Below, piece by piece: positions 8,351 through 19,164 of a DNA stretch of 51,721 nt. Location: positions 1 through 51,721 of the forward strand of contig JAFGVM010000063.1 of assembly GCA_016937995.1 (NCBI GenBank). The letters are read 5' to 3'. Origin of the DNA: Candidatus Delongbacteria bacterium (GTDB lineage Bacteria; UBA4055). The first letter of the stretch is position 1. Every line of letters starts with the position of its first letter. A program made the position numbers and the translations under genes. A model generated the notes under the pieces. It did no database searches. It saw only the letters and a list, made by a program, of their open reading frames with translations, and was not told the DNA's origin.

Positions 8351-9327
8351 ATATGACTCAAAATATTCTTTCACCAACAAGTGATATAGCTGACCTTGAT
8401 ACAAATGAAAGAAAAGAATTTTTGATCGAGACAAATTTTAAAGGTATTAGAAAAGCTTATTTTTTAAACCCCAAAGCTATTCCGTTAAAAGTCGGAGAAT
8501 TCATCATTGTAGATTTTGAAAATGGTGAGGATATGGGTATAGTAAGTGCTATAGTAAACCGACAGTTCAAAAGAGAAAATATTGAAGTTGAAGGCAATAT
8601 AATCAGAAAAAGCAACCAGATCGATATCAGAAGATTGAACGAGAACCGTAATATTGAAAACAGCATTTTAATTAATGCCAGAAAACAGGCAAAAGCTCAT
8701 GGTCTTGAAATGAAATTCATTGATATTGAGTATAAATTTGACAGGAAAAAGTTGGTGTTCTTTTTCACAGCTGATGGAAGAGTTGATTTCAGGGAACTTG
8801 TTAAAACATTCGCTGCAGAATATAAGACAAGGATCGAGCTCCGCCAGATCGGAGTTCGAGATGAAGCTCAGAAAATAGGCGGTATCGGTATATGCGGAAG
8901 AGAACTCTGCTGTTCTCAATTCCTGACTAACTTTGTTTCAATAAATGTTTCTATGGCAAGAGAACAAAATCTATTTGTAAAACCGGAAAAGTTTTCTGGA
9001 CCATGCGGAAAACTGATATGCTGTTTAAAGTATGAGCATGATTATTATTTGGATGAGAAAAAAGGATTACCGGAAATAGGATCAGAGATAAAAACAAAGC
9101 ATGGTAAAGCAACGATTTCATTCATTGATGTTTTCAACAGCACTGTAACTATAGACTACCACTCAGGTGAAACAGAAATTATCACCAAAGAAATATTTAT
9201 CAAAAAACTGAACAAAGAATTTAAGATCATAAAAAATGCTTCTCAACATCCAAATCATTCAAATGGAGAATGTGCTGACTGCCCGAAGAACTCAACTAAC
9301 AAAGATGTTGAAAAAAGCAGCAAATAA
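8329..9327 (+). CDS. ricT: PSP1-domain protein (RicT/YaaT family)
   Basis: FFFTADGRVDFRELVK, TRIELRQIGVRDEA, GICGRELCCS, SGPCGKLICCLKYE. Confidence 0.9.
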   Translation: MENKSEIDMTQNILSPTSDIADLDTNERKEFLIETNFKGIRKAYFLNPKAIPLKVGEFIIVDFENGEDMGIVSAIVNRQFKRENIEVEGNIIRKSNQIDIRRLNENRNIENSILINARKQAKAHGLEMKFIDIEYKFDRKKLVFFFTADGRVDFRELVKTFAAEYKTRIELRQIGVRDEAQKIGGIGICGRELCCSQFLTNFVSINVSMAREQNLFVKPEKFSGPCGKLICCLKYEHDYYLDEKKGLPEIGSEIKTKHGKATISFIDVFNSTVTIDYHSGETEIITKEIFIKKLNKEFKIIKNASQHPNHSNGECADCPKNSTNKDVEKSSK

Positions 9328-9367
9328 ATTGTCTCAAAATTCGCAGTAATTAAATACTGGAGCTAAA

Positions 9368-10921
9368 GTGTCAAAAAGAACAGAAATACAAAAATATTCA
9401 AAAATAGTAAACAATCAGGATAAGATCAATTACCTGATAAAATCCAACCGTATAATCTATGGTGAACTGATGAATACCGTTATCTATTATGAAAGTAACA
9501 CTCTGTTACCCAAAACAGGTATTTTGATACAAGAAGATGATTCTTTAGTTTTTTACGGTTCGAAATCTATACTTGAGAAAGAATATCTTATAAAATTTGA
9601 TTACGAGAACATTATTCTCGCTAAAAATACAGGTTTTACTATTAATTTCGTTAACGCAGAATTTGACAAAAAAAAGGATAAGTGCAAGTTCAGTATTGCC
9701 TGGGAAGATTATGTAACAAAAAACATAAAACCTGACTTCATTTTTCGACTCAGTATGAAGATAAAAGACAAGCTGATCAGAAAAGCAATTAATCTTCTGA
9801 AGAATTTTGATACTTCGAACGAGGCTTATGTTTATTATCACAGAATATTAAATGAAAAAATATATGACATTAACTTCTTGATCGAGTTCATGAACCTCAT
9901 ACAAATAGAAGCTGAATCAGAATCTGAAGGTATTAGTGATCTGTATACGAAGTATATCGAAAAGAAGAAAAGGTTTCTGATAAATACATATCCCGAGCAT
10001 CAAAATACAATTGAAAAACATTTGAGAACTGATTCTGAAACAAAGCAGCAGGTTCAAAGATCAGAAATTCTTGCGAATTTCAAAGTTGATCAGGAAGAAT
10101 TATTTACTGAGAACGAGACTGAAAAAGTAAAAGTGGAAAAACTTCTTCAGATACCTGGGATCCAAAAAATGATAGATGATAAGATCGAGGAAAAGGTTGA
10201 AAATACAAAAAAGCAGCTGTTAAAAGATTATCATGAAAAGGTGGATGCATATTCATCAAGGCTTTCAATTGAAAAAGATATTTATAGAGAGATAATAAAA
10301 GATAACATTTCTATAATCAAATACCTTGATCAGGCTAAAATTGACACTGATAAATTGATAGACAACATTATGGATTTTTATTTCAGATACAAAATCCTGA
10401 ATGAAAAATTACCAGATTCTTTTACGATAGACCAAAAAAGACCTGATCAGGGGAAAAATACTCTGCTTAATATTCTTGAAACTCTCTCAATGGACTATTT
10501 AAAAATTATCGATCCTTACTTTTTCCCATCAGAACTTGAACTTTTAAACGACATACCATCAGATATAGAAATAAAGATTATTACTTACGCAGTATCCCAA
10601 AAAAGTTATGCAGACAAATTAAATCTCTTTAAAGAGAAACTCGATTATTTAAGAAGAGAAAGAATGGGAGATATTTCAGTAAAACTTATAAAGTTTCAAA
10701 ACAGGGATCAGACACCTCTACATGATAGGGCCATTTTTTCAAAAGACTGGGGTATAAGTCTTTCTAATTCCTTGTCTCAGATAGGATTGAATCACGATAT
10801 TCTTGTCAGAAGAATTTTCAACACTGATCAGGAGGTACAGGATTTTGATGACTTCTGGTATATCGTAAATGAAATGAAAAGAGGTGGTAAGACCCTTAAA
10901 GTGAAAGTTATAGATCTGTAA
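9368..10921 (+). CDS. Hypothetical protein: coiled-coil middle region and C-terminal PLD-like (DPY...HDR) domain
   Basis: 517-aa ORF, GTG start with a GGAG RBS. The C-terminal IIDPYF...IEIKIIT...LHDRAIF...GISLSNSLSQIG pattern resembles HDR-variant PLD-fold domains (MIT_C-like). Confidence 0.55.
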   Translation: MSKRTEIQKYSKIVNNQDKINYLIKSNRIIYGELMNTVIYYESNTLLPKTGILIQEDDSLVFYGSKSILEKEYLIKFDYENIILAKNTGFTINFVNAEFDKKKDKCKFSIAWEDYVTKNIKPDFIFRLSMKIKDKLIRKAINLLKNFDTSNEAYVYYHRILNEKIYDINFLIEFMNLIQIEAESESEGISDLYTKYIEKKKRFLINTYPEHQNTIEKHLRTDSETKQQVQRSEILANFKVDQEELFTENETEKVKVEKLLQIPGIQKMIDDKIEEKVENTKKQLLKDYHEKVDAYSSRLSIEKDIYREIIKDNISIIKYLDQAKIDTDKLIDNIMDFYFRYKILNEKLPDSFTIDQKRPDQGKNTLLNILETLSMDYLKIIDPYFFPSELELLNDIPSDIEIKIITYAVSQKSYADKLNLFKEKLDYLRRERMGDISVKLIKFQNRDQTPLHDRAIFSKDWGISLSNSLSQIGLNHDILVRRIFNTDQEVQDFDDFWYIVNEMKRGGKTLKVKVIDL

Positions 10922-10945
10922 ATTAAATTCAAGGTAACAAAATAC

Positions 10946-13555
10946 ATGAAATCAGCAAATCAGATTAGACAGGAATTCATTGACTATTTCGTCAGTAAAG
11001 GACACACGAAAGTTCTTTCTTCACCCGTAATCCCTCTGGACGACCCGACATTATTATTTACAAATGCAGGTATGAACCAGTTTAAAGATATATTCCTCGG
11101 AACAGGTAAAAGAGAGTATACCAGAGCTGTCAACAGTCAGAAAGTTATCAGAGCAGGTGGAAAACACAATGATCTTGATGAGGTCGGAAAAGATTCCTAC
11201 CATCATTCATTCTTTGAAATGCTCGGGAACTGGTCATTCGGGGATTATTACAAAAAAGAAGCTATCGAATGGGCATGGGATCTCTTAACTAATGTTTGGA
11301 AATTACCAATTGATAAGCTATTCGCAACAGTTTACACTACTGATGATGAAGCTTTTGAACTTTGGAAATCAATAACCAGTATTGACAATTCCAGAATTTC
11401 CAGACATGGAGAAAAGGATAATTTCTGGTCAATGGGAGACACTGGACCATGCGGTCCATGTAGTGAAATTCACTATGACCGTGGTGAAGAATATTGTAAT
11501 TTAAAAAATGTGCCGGGTCATGTATGTGCTGTGAATGGTGATTGTGACAGAATAATTGAGATCTGGAACCTTGTCTTCATTCAATTTAATCGTGATCAGG
11601 ACGGCAAACTTATCGACCTTCCAGCAAAACATGTTGATACAGGAATGGGATTTGAGAGGATCTGTCAGATCCTGCAGGGTCAGGACTCAAACTATCACAT
11701 TGATATTTTCAAAGATATTATTTCATTCATTGAAAAAATCTCATCTGTAAAATATTCTGCTGATGAAAACGGAACTCCTCACAGAGTGATCGCAGACCAT
11801 GCCAGAGCATTGTTATTTTCAATTTCTGATGGAGGTATGCCGTCAAATGAAGGAAGAGGTTATGTTATCAGACGTATACTCAGAAGAGCTTCGAGATTCG
11901 GTAATAAGCTGGGACTTAATGAACCGTTTATATATAAGGTGGTTGAAAAAGTTGCAGAAGTTATGGGTGGAGAATTTTCTGAAATTAAAACTCATTTGAC
12001 TCACGCCCAAAAAATTATAAAAGCAGAGGAAGTATCATTTCTGAAAACTCTCTCAAAAGGTATTGAACTTTTCAATAAAATAGCTCTGGATATGACTGAA
12101 AAAAAGATCTCAGTTGTTGATGGTGAAACAGTTTTTAAACTTTATGATACTTTTGGTTTTCCTGTAGACCTTACTGAGCAAATGGCAGAAGAGATCGGTT
12201 ACACAATTGACTCACAAGGGTTTGAAATTGCAATGAATAAGCAAAAAGATCAATCCAGAAGTAATCAAAAGTTCAAAAATACTGAGGAAACTAACTGGAT
12301 AGAACTCAATGACAGTATTTTTACTGAATTCATTGGTTATACAACTTTAGAATGCACTTCAGAGATTGTTAAATATTCTATTGATGATAAATTTTTACGA
12401 ATAATCCCGGCTGTCTCATGTTTATATGCTGAATCAGGAGGGCAGGTTGCAGATAAAGGATCTATTGAATTAAACGGAACAAAACTTATTGTTCGTGATG
12501 TTCAGAAGGATGGTGAATATTTCGTCATAAAAACTGATCTAAGCAAAGAACCGATCAATATCATTAAAGATACTCAGTTAAAAATGACAGTTGATAAAAT
12601 TTTCAGAAAAAATGTAAGAGCTAATCACAGTTCAGCCCATCTTTTACAATCAGCTATCAAACAGGTTCTTGGTGATCATATTGCACAGGCTGGTTCTTAT
12701 GTGGATGACCAGGGATTCAGGTTCGATTATTCTCATTATGATAAACTTTCTGATGAACAGTTAAGAGATATCGAGGTCATAGTGAACGGGTATGTTAAAG
12801 ACAACTATGTAATAAATACAGAGGTTTTACCTTTCGATGTTGCAAAAAAACAAAATATAACAGCTTTATTCGGAGAGAAATACGGAGACATGGTAAGGGT
12901 AATTAGAATGGGTGATGCTTCAGCTGAATTATGTGGGGGAACTCATGCTGAAAGAACCGGGGATATAGGTTATTTCAAGATACTTACAGAATCAAGTATA
13001 GCAGCAGGAATAAGAAGGATCGAGGCAGCAACAGGCCAAAAAGCGGTTGAGAAAGCTTTATTCCATAAGTCAATTGTAGAGTCAATAAAAGATTCTATGT
13101 CTGTTAAGGAACATCAGATCATTGAGAGAATTGATAAATTGAATGATGACAAAAGAGAGCTTGAGCGTAACATTAATGATCTGAATGAACAGATCGCCTT
13201 ATCCCAGGTAGCAGAATTGATAAATAAAAAGATATCTATTAATGGTATAAATGTGATATCAGCTTTAGTTAAAGTTAACGATAACCGTATATTGAAAACT
13301 GTAGCAGAAAACATTAGATCAACTATGTCAATGGGAATAATCTTACTTGGAGCGGATATAGGTGGTAAAGCTGCTTTGGTTTGTGCAGTAACAGATGATC
13401 TTAAAGATAAAATTAAAGCTGGTCAAATAATCGGCCAGATCGCTAAAATGGTCGGTGGCGGTGGCGGTGGTGCTCCTCATCTTGCAACTGCAGGCGGAAA
13501 AGATGTTTCAAAATTAAAGGAAGCTATAGAAAGTGTGAAAGGAATGTTATCATAA
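10946..13555 (+). CDS. alaS: Alanine--tRNA ligase
   Basis: DPTLLFTNAGMNQFK, FFEMLGNWSFGDY, DTGMGFER, editing domain HSSAHLL / ELCGGTH, C-terminal GGGGGG...ATAGG. Confidence 0.98.
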   Translation: MKSANQIRQEFIDYFVSKGHTKVLSSPVIPLDDPTLLFTNAGMNQFKDIFLGTGKREYTRAVNSQKVIRAGGKHNDLDEVGKDSYHHSFFEMLGNWSFGDYYKKEAIEWAWDLLTNVWKLPIDKLFATVYTTDDEAFELWKSITSIDNSRISRHGEKDNFWSMGDTGPCGPCSEIHYDRGEEYCNLKNVPGHVCAVNGDCDRIIEIWNLVFIQFNRDQDGKLIDLPAKHVDTGMGFERICQILQGQDSNYHIDIFKDIISFIEKISSVKYSADENGTPHRVIADHARALLFSISDGGMPSNEGRGYVIRRILRRASRFGNKLGLNEPFIYKVVEKVAEVMGGEFSEIKTHLTHAQKIIKAEEVSFLKTLSKGIELFNKIALDMTEKKISVVDGETVFKLYDTFGFPVDLTEQMAEEIGYTIDSQGFEIAMNKQKDQSRSNQKFKNTEETNWIELNDSIFTEFIGYTTLECTSEIVKYSIDDKFLRIIPAVSCLYAESGGQVADKGSIELNGTKLIVRDVQKDGEYFVIKTDLSKEPINIIKDTQLKMTVDKIFRKNVRANHSSAHLLQSAIKQVLGDHIAQAGSYVDDQGFRFDYSHYDKLSDEQLRDIEVIVNGYVKDNYVINTEVLPFDVAKKQNITALFGEKYGDMVRVIRMGDASAELCGGTHAERTGDIGYFKILTESSIAAGIRRIEAATGQKAVEKALFHKSIVESIKDSMSVKEHQIIERIDKLNDDKRELERNINDLNEQIALSQVAELINKKISINGINVISALVKVNDNRILKTVAENIRSTMSMGIILLGADIGGKAALVCAVTDDLKDKIKAGQIIGQIAKMVGGGGGGAPHLATAGGKDVSKLKEAIESVKGMLS

Positions 13556-13573
13556 ATCAACTCAGGGAATTTT

Positions 13574-14524
13574 ATGTATAATGATAAAACGATTTCTGTC
13601 GTTGTACCATGTCATAACGAGGAAACTCAGATCGGGACAGTAATAAAAACTATGCCGGATTTTGTCGATAAAATAGTGATCATAGATGACTTGAGTAGAG
13701 ATAAGACAGTTGAAGTTATAAAAGAATATTTATCAAAGGATAAAAGAATTATTCTTATAGAGCATGAGAAGAATCAGGGTGTTGGTGGTGCTATTGCTTC
13801 GGGATATAAATGGTCACGGGATAATGACATCGATGTTGCAGTAGTATTTGCAGGCGATGCTCAAATGGATCCCAATGACCTTCCAAATATCCTTGATCCG
13901 GTCGTTTCTGGAGAAGTTGATTATTCTAAAGGCAATAGATTATTCACAGGTGAAGCTTTTAGCAAAATACCAAAAGTAAGATATTTTGGGAATTCAGTAC
14001 TGTCACTGCTGACAAAGATAGCTTCCGGTTATTGGCATGTTGCTGACTCTCAATCAGGTTATACTGCAATTAATAAAAAAGCTCTTAAAACAATTGATTG
14101 GGATAAATTGTACAGGCGATACGGCCAACCAAATGATCTATTGGTTAAACTAAACATCTACAATTTTAAAGTTAGAGATGTGCTAATAAATCCTGTCTAT
14201 GATGTTGGAGAAAAATCTGGTATTAAAGTAAGAAAAGTTCTTTTTACACTATCCTGGTTGTTATTAAAATTATTTATTTATAGAATGAAAGAAAAATACA
14301 TAATCAGAGATTTTCATCCTTTAGTTCTATTCTATTCTTTTGGGATTAGTTTATTTGCATTATCAATTCCACTGCTTATACGTATGCTTTACTATGCGTT
14401 TGTAATTGGCGGTAATATTCCTAAGATCAACTTTTTGACCTGGATGTTAACAGTAATAATGGGAGTTCAGTTCGTTCTGTTCGCAATGTGGTTCGATATG
14501 GAGAGTAATAAGGAATTGAAATAA
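13574..14524 (+). CDS. GT2 glycosyltransferase, polyprenol-phosphate sugar synthase-like, with C-terminal TM helices
   Basis: VVVPCHNEE, IIDDLSRD, NQGVGGA, AGDAQMDP, KGNR, DSQSGY; hydrophobic C-terminus. Confidence 0.9.
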   Translation: MYNDKTISVVVPCHNEETQIGTVIKTMPDFVDKIVIIDDLSRDKTVEVIKEYLSKDKRIILIEHEKNQGVGGAIASGYKWSRDNDIDVAVVFAGDAQMDPNDLPNILDPVVSGEVDYSKGNRLFTGEAFSKIPKVRYFGNSVLSLLTKIASGYWHVADSQSGYTAINKKALKTIDWDKLYRRYGQPNDLLVKLNIYNFKVRDVLINPVYDVGEKSGIKVRKVLFTLSWLLLKLFIYRMKEKYIIRDFHPLVLFYSFGISLFALSIPLLIRMLYYAFVIGGNIPKINFLTWMLTVIMGVQFVLFAMWFDMESNKELK

Positions 14525-14548
14525 TTGGTTTTTAATCTTGGTAAAACT

Positions 14549-15340
14549 ATGAAAAAAATTATATCTTTGGGAATTTTGATAATAGTAATTATTTTATTGC
14601 TTTTAGCAAAATACTCTAATATTGATCCCGATAATATTACAAACCACAAAAACTCTTATCATTCCATAAATTCATTATTTGACGATATGAATTATGATCA
14701 AACAAGCAGTGATATCATTCTTTTTGATAATTTTTATGATAAAGACATTTCTGACTGGGATATCAATTATCAAAATTCAAAAGGGTGGGCTTATGATTTT
14801 AAGGACAGCACAGGAATTATAGTTAAGGATATAATTAACGAATCTTTTAGTAAAGACCTATATGGTCCTTGGGCAAATGTTATTTTAAATAAAATGATCC
14901 CTGAAAAAGACAGCCTAACATTTGTTTCAAAAATTTCTTGGGATTCGTTTTCAGAAGAAACCGCTATGCAGCATATTTATTTTTCCTTTAAGGATGAAAA
15001 AAATAAAGAAATATTTTTCTTTGGTTATAATGATCCTTACATTAGCTATAAGGGAGGTATTTTAACAAAATTTTGTGACACTGATTATTATTGGCATAAA
15101 AAAAGAGAGCTTAATCTTAAAGGTAATTGTTTATTAAAAATGATTAAACAAGGAAATCGTATAAAATTATTTTATAATGATGAATTATTAAATGCATCTA
15201 CTATCAAAAGCAGTATTAAATATGTTAATATAATTTTTGGTTTTTTCCCTTCTATCAATTACAAAGATTCAGATCTAAAATCAACTTTTGGAACACTATG
15301 TGTAGAGTATATAAACATTTCAGAATATATGAATCATTAA
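14549..15340 (+). CDS. Exported or membrane-anchored hypothetical protein (beta-rich, possibly lectin-like)
   Basis: ATG at 14549; MKKIISLGILIIVIILLLL N-terminal anchor, then alternating beta-strand pattern. The fold is a guess. Confidence 0.55.
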   Translation: MKKIISLGILIIVIILLLLAKYSNIDPDNITNHKNSYHSINSLFDDMNYDQTSSDIILFDNFYDKDISDWDINYQNSKGWAYDFKDSTGIIVKDIINESFSKDLYGPWANVILNKMIPEKDSLTFVSKISWDSFSEETAMQHIYFSFKDEKNKEIFFFGYNDPYISYKGGILTKFCDTDYYWHKKRELNLKGNCLLKMIKQGNRIKLFYNDELLNASTIKSSIKYVNIIFGFFPSINYKDSDLKSTFGTLCVEYINISEYMNH

Positions 15341-15347
15341 ATTAACT

Positions 15348-16127
15348 ATGGTGAAAGTATTTATCGATTTTACAATTAAGGCATATAAAAGGTACTTATT
15401 GATTTTATTGGACAAAAAAATTAATTTTTATACTTTTTCAGAATTTGTTAATTCGCAAATTGCTATTGATGAATTCATACTTATCAGACACGATGTTGAC
15501 CGGAAACCTTATAATGCTCTTATAATGGCTCAGATGGAAAATAGAATGGGAATTAAGTCAACTTATTATTTTAGACATAAAAAACATACTTTCATTCCCG
15601 AAATTATTAAAAGTATTCAAAGTTTAGGTCATGAGATAGGTTATCACTATGAAAATTTATCAGATTCTAACGGAAATTTATCTATAGCATTAGATGATTT
15701 TAAATCAAAATTGAAAACTTTTAGAAATATTGTACCTATAAAAACAATATCTATGCATGGCAAACCATTGAAGAAATTCGACAATAGGGATATGTGGAAA
15801 AATAATAAAGAATTCTTGAATGATTGTGGAATTGTTGGTGAGATATATCTTGACATCAACTACAATCAAATTGCATACATCAGTGATACTGGAAGAAATT
15901 GGTCTCAGAATAAATCAAATCTCAGAGATAAAGTTAATTCAAGTGTTATAACAGATTTCCACTCCAAATTAGAACTAATAGAATTTCTAAAAAATAACAA
16001 GAATAAGAAGATCGTTTTTCAAACTCATCCTGAAAGATGGACAGATAATTGTTTTGAATGGACAGGGCAATTGTTAAAAGATAAAGTGATAAACATTATT
16101 AAATCAATAATACAATATGAGAAATAA
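15348..16127 (+). CDS. Polysaccharide deacetylase-like (CE4/NodB-fold) protein
   Basis: IRHDVD, STYYF, GHEIGYHY, SMHG, YISDTG, QTHPERW metal-binding pattern. Confidence 0.7.
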   Translation: MVKVFIDFTIKAYKRYLLILLDKKINFYTFSEFVNSQIAIDEFILIRHDVDRKPYNALIMAQMENRMGIKSTYYFRHKKHTFIPEIIKSIQSLGHEIGYHYENLSDSNGNLSIALDDFKSKLKTFRNIVPIKTISMHGKPLKKFDNRDMWKNNKEFLNDCGIVGEIYLDINYNQIAYISDTGRNWSQNKSNLRDKVNSSVITDFHSKLELIEFLKNNKNKKIVFQTHPERWTDNCFEWTGQLLKDKVINIIKSIIQYEK

Positions 16128-17112
16128 AGAACTATATATCGATTTTTGCAAATCTGAAAAGAACATACCCATTTTCAATCAATATTGGTGGCTAGATGCA
16201 GTATGTGGAAGTTCAAATTGGAATGTTATACTGGTTGAAAATGATAATTCTATTATTGCAGCTCTTCCCTATTATCTTAACAAGACTTTGTTTTTCAAAT
16301 TTATAATTCAACCAATACTTACTCCATTTTGTGGTGTCTTTATTAAATATCCTAACAATCAAAAATATTCAAAAAAATTATCCTACGAAAAATCTATAAT
16401 TAATAATATAATTAAGGATCTTAACTCTCTTGAAATATCGTATTTTGACCAATATTTTCATTATGATTTCACTAACTGGTTACCTTTTTTTTGGAAAGGT
16501 TTTCAAGAAACTACAAGATACACTTATGTTATTGATGATATAAGAGATCATGAAAAAGTATATTCAGATTTTTCAAATGGTAAAAAGAAAAATATCAATA
16601 AAGCTAAAAACGAAATTGAAGTTAAATTTGATCTAGATCCGGAAATATTTTATCAAAATCATAAATCGACATTAGGCAAACAAAGTGAAGAGATCATTTA
16701 CTCGCTGGATACTTTCTTGAAAATTTATAAAATAACAGTAGAAAATGATTGTGGAAAGATAATATATGCAATTGACAAAAACGGTAATATTCATAGCGCA
16801 ATATTCTTTGTTTGGGATGCACAAAGTGGTTATGATCTAATCAGTACTATTGATCCAGATCTCAGAAATAGTGGGTCAGCATCTCTACTCATATATAAAA
16901 TCATTGAATATCTATCTGATAAAACGATTAAATTCGACTTTGAGGGTAGTATGATCGAAAATGTTGAACATTCTTTCAGGCAATTTGGAGCAGTTCAAAA
17001 GAAGTATTTTAATATTTATAAAGGTAATCCTTTGTTAAGAACTGCAAAGGAATTTCTTAGAAACAATAAAAAGTTATTCAATAAAGTAGAGAAATTTTTA
17101 ATTAAAAGGTAA
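16117..17112 (+). CDS. GNAT/FemAB-like (BioF2-type) acyl- or aminoacyltransferase
   Basis: IFNQYWWLDAVC, RYTY, SGSASLL, FDFEGSM..VEHSFRQFGA. Confidence 0.75.
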   Translation: MRNKELYIDFCKSEKNIPIFNQYWWLDAVCGSSNWNVILVENDNSIIAALPYYLNKTLFFKFIIQPILTPFCGVFIKYPNNQKYSKKLSYEKSIINNIIKDLNSLEISYFDQYFHYDFTNWLPFFWKGFQETTRYTYVIDDIRDHEKVYSDFSNGKKKNINKAKNEIEVKFDLDPEIFYQNHKSTLGKQSEEIIYSLDTFLKIYKITVENDCGKIIYAIDKNGNIHSAIFFVWDAQSGYDLISTIDPDLRNSGSASLLIYKIIEYLSDKTIKFDFEGSMIENVEHSFRQFGAVQKKYFNIYKGNPLLRTAKEFLRNNKKLFNKVEKFLIKR

Positions 17113-17118
17113 TACATT

Positions 17119-17562
17119 ATGAAATATTTTAGATTTATTCTCAGAGTTTTAGGAAAGAATTTTTTCATACATAAAATCAGAATTATTTTACTGAGATTCA
17201 GCGGTATAACAATTGGTAACGATTCTTACGTAAACATGAATGTGCATTTTATAGACAATTACAGAGGAAATGCTATTAAGATCGGTAATCGAGTTGCTAT
17301 CGCTCCAGGAGCTACTTTTATTGCAGACTCTGATCCAAACAATTCCAAACTAAATTTAATTAAAAAGTATCTTGTTAAAGGTGAAATAATAGTTAAAGAT
17401 GATGCCTGGATCGGCTCCAATGTTATTATTATGCCTAATATTATTATCGGAGAAAAATCTATAGTAGGAGCAGGTTCTGTAGTTACAAAAAATGTCGAAG
17501 ACAACACAATAGTTGCTGGAAATCCTGCTAAAGTAATAGGAAATGTTGACCTTGAAAGATAA
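17119..17562 (+). CDS. Hexapeptide-repeat (LbH) sugar O-acyltransferase
   Basis: IKIGNRVAIAPGA, DDAWIGSNVIIMPNIIIGEKSIVGAGSVVTKNV, GNPAK. Confidence 0.88.
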   Translation: MKYFRFILRVLGKNFFIHKIRIILLRFSGITIGNDSYVNMNVHFIDNYRGNAIKIGNRVAIAPGATFIADSDPNNSKLNLIKKYLVKGEIIVKDDAWIGSNVIIMPNIIIGEKSIVGAGSVVTKNVEDNTIVAGNPAKVIGNVDLER

Positions 17563-18601
17563 AACTATAAAAAATATTTTAATTGATGTTGGACACCCGG
17601 CTCATGTTCATTTATTTAAGAATTTTCTGTTTTATCTACAAAATTCTGATTTGTATAATGTTAAAATTTCTGCAAGAAATAAAGATATTGTATCAGCACT
17701 TTTGAATAACCTTAATATAGAATATATCTCTTTATCAACACCTAAGAAAGGATTTTTCGGAATTATAAGTGAAATATGCAGTCGATTCTTCTATGTACAA
17801 AAATTGATCAAGAAACATAAAATTGATATTGTTTTTACTTCTACTGAAGTTTCTGCTATATTTGCTATGCGTGGCATTCCAAATTATTTCTTTGCTGAAG
17901 ATGATGATGATCTTATGAAAGTGTATACATCTCTTATATATTTTTTTACGTCGAACATAGTAAATCCAACTTGTTTAAGATTTTCTAAATGGAAAAAGAA
18001 AAGAATTTTACATAATTCATACCATGAATTAGCATATTTGCATCCTAATAACTTTATTCCTGATGTAAATATTTTAGATAAATATGATCTTAAGCCATAC
18101 AAATTTATAGTGATTAGACATTCTGCTCTTGATGCTCATCATGATAAAGGAGCTAAAGGTTTGCAGGGTAAACTCTGGAGTGACATTGAGGAAATAATTA
18201 AAGATCATCCTCAAGTTGTTACAAAAGAAAATTCCAAAAGTCATCAGATCGATCCCTGGGATATGCATCATGTTTTAGCTTATGCAAAACTTGTAATTTC
18301 TGATTCTCAAACCATGACAGCTGAAGCGGCAGTATTGGGAGTACCTTCGATAAGATATAATACTTTTGTTGGCAGAATCAGTTACCTGGAAGAATTAGAA
18401 CATAAATATGATCTAACTTACGGTTTCTTACCTGAAAGAGATGAAGATAAATTACTTGATACATTAAAGGATATGTTGGAACAAACCGATCTGAAAGAAC
18501 TATGGCAAAAGAAAAAAAATAAAATGCTAAGTGAAAAAATTGATCTTAATAATTGGATGATAGATCTTTTTGAAAATGAGATCACAAAAGCGAGGAAATG
18601 A
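17543..18601 (+). CDS. DUF354 family protein (GT-B-like)
   Basis: IDVGHPAHVHLFKN, YHELAYLHP, SDSQTMTAEAAVLGVPSI. Confidence 0.8.
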   Translation: MLTLKDKTIKNILIDVGHPAHVHLFKNFLFYLQNSDLYNVKISARNKDIVSALLNNLNIEYISLSTPKKGFFGIISEICSRFFYVQKLIKKHKIDIVFTSTEVSAIFAMRGIPNYFFAEDDDDLMKVYTSLIYFFTSNIVNPTCLRFSKWKKKRILHNSYHELAYLHPNNFIPDVNILDKYDLKPYKFIVIRHSALDAHHDKGAKGLQGKLWSDIEEIIKDHPQVVTKENSKSHQIDPWDMHHVLAYAKLVISDSQTMTAEAAVLGVPSIRYNTFVGRISYLEELEHKYDLTYGFLPERDEDKLLDTLKDMLEQTDLKELWQKKKNKMLSEKIDLNNWMIDLFENEITKARK

Positions 18602-18602
18602 G

Positions 18603-19160
18603 ATGGCTGAAGAGCTCAGGCTAAAAAAGTTAGCTAAACTTATATCCGGTAAAAATAAAATCCTCGATCTTGGTTGTAGCGCAATTCCCAATATTTATCT
18701 TAAGAATAGAGAAGTAATCGGAGTTGATCTGGTTGATAAAGATCTACCAGATAATTATACTGACCTTAAGATCTGCAATGTACTTGATTTACATAAAACA
18801 TTTTCGAATGATAATATCGATGGTATCGTAGCCGGAGAGATTTTAGAACATGTTGAAGATCCTATCGCTTTTCTTAGAGAATGTTATAACACTTTGGAGG
18901 ATAGTGGAATGATCGTTCTATCTACTCCAAATCCAAATTCGTTCATTGAAAGACTATTAACCCTTAACTTATCGAGGAATTATTTTTATACTAAGGATCA
19001 TATAATGCTTTATCCTCAGAGATGGCTTATAAGGATGATGGAAATTGCCGGTTTTACAGAAATCAAACTGTATTCCGGTGGTATGATATTTCCATTTTTC
19101 TCTTTAATCCCATTCCCAAGACCTTGGTGTTACCAAACTATTGCAACTGGGAAAAAATAA
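18603..19160 (+). CDS. Class I SAM-dependent methyltransferase
   Basis: ILDLGCS, VIGVD, AGEILEHVEDP, VLSTPN. Start set at ATG 18603. Confidence 0.85.
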   Translation: MAEELRLKKLAKLISGKNKILDLGCSAIPNIYLKNREVIGVDLVDKDLPDNYTDLKICNVLDLHKTFSNDNIDGIVAGEILEHVEDPIAFLRECYNTLEDSGMIVLSTPNPNSFIERLLTLNLSRNYFYTKDHIMLYPQRWLIRMMEIAGFTEIKLYSGGMIFPFFSLIPFPRPWCYQTIATGKK

Positions 19161-19164
19161 TCTG

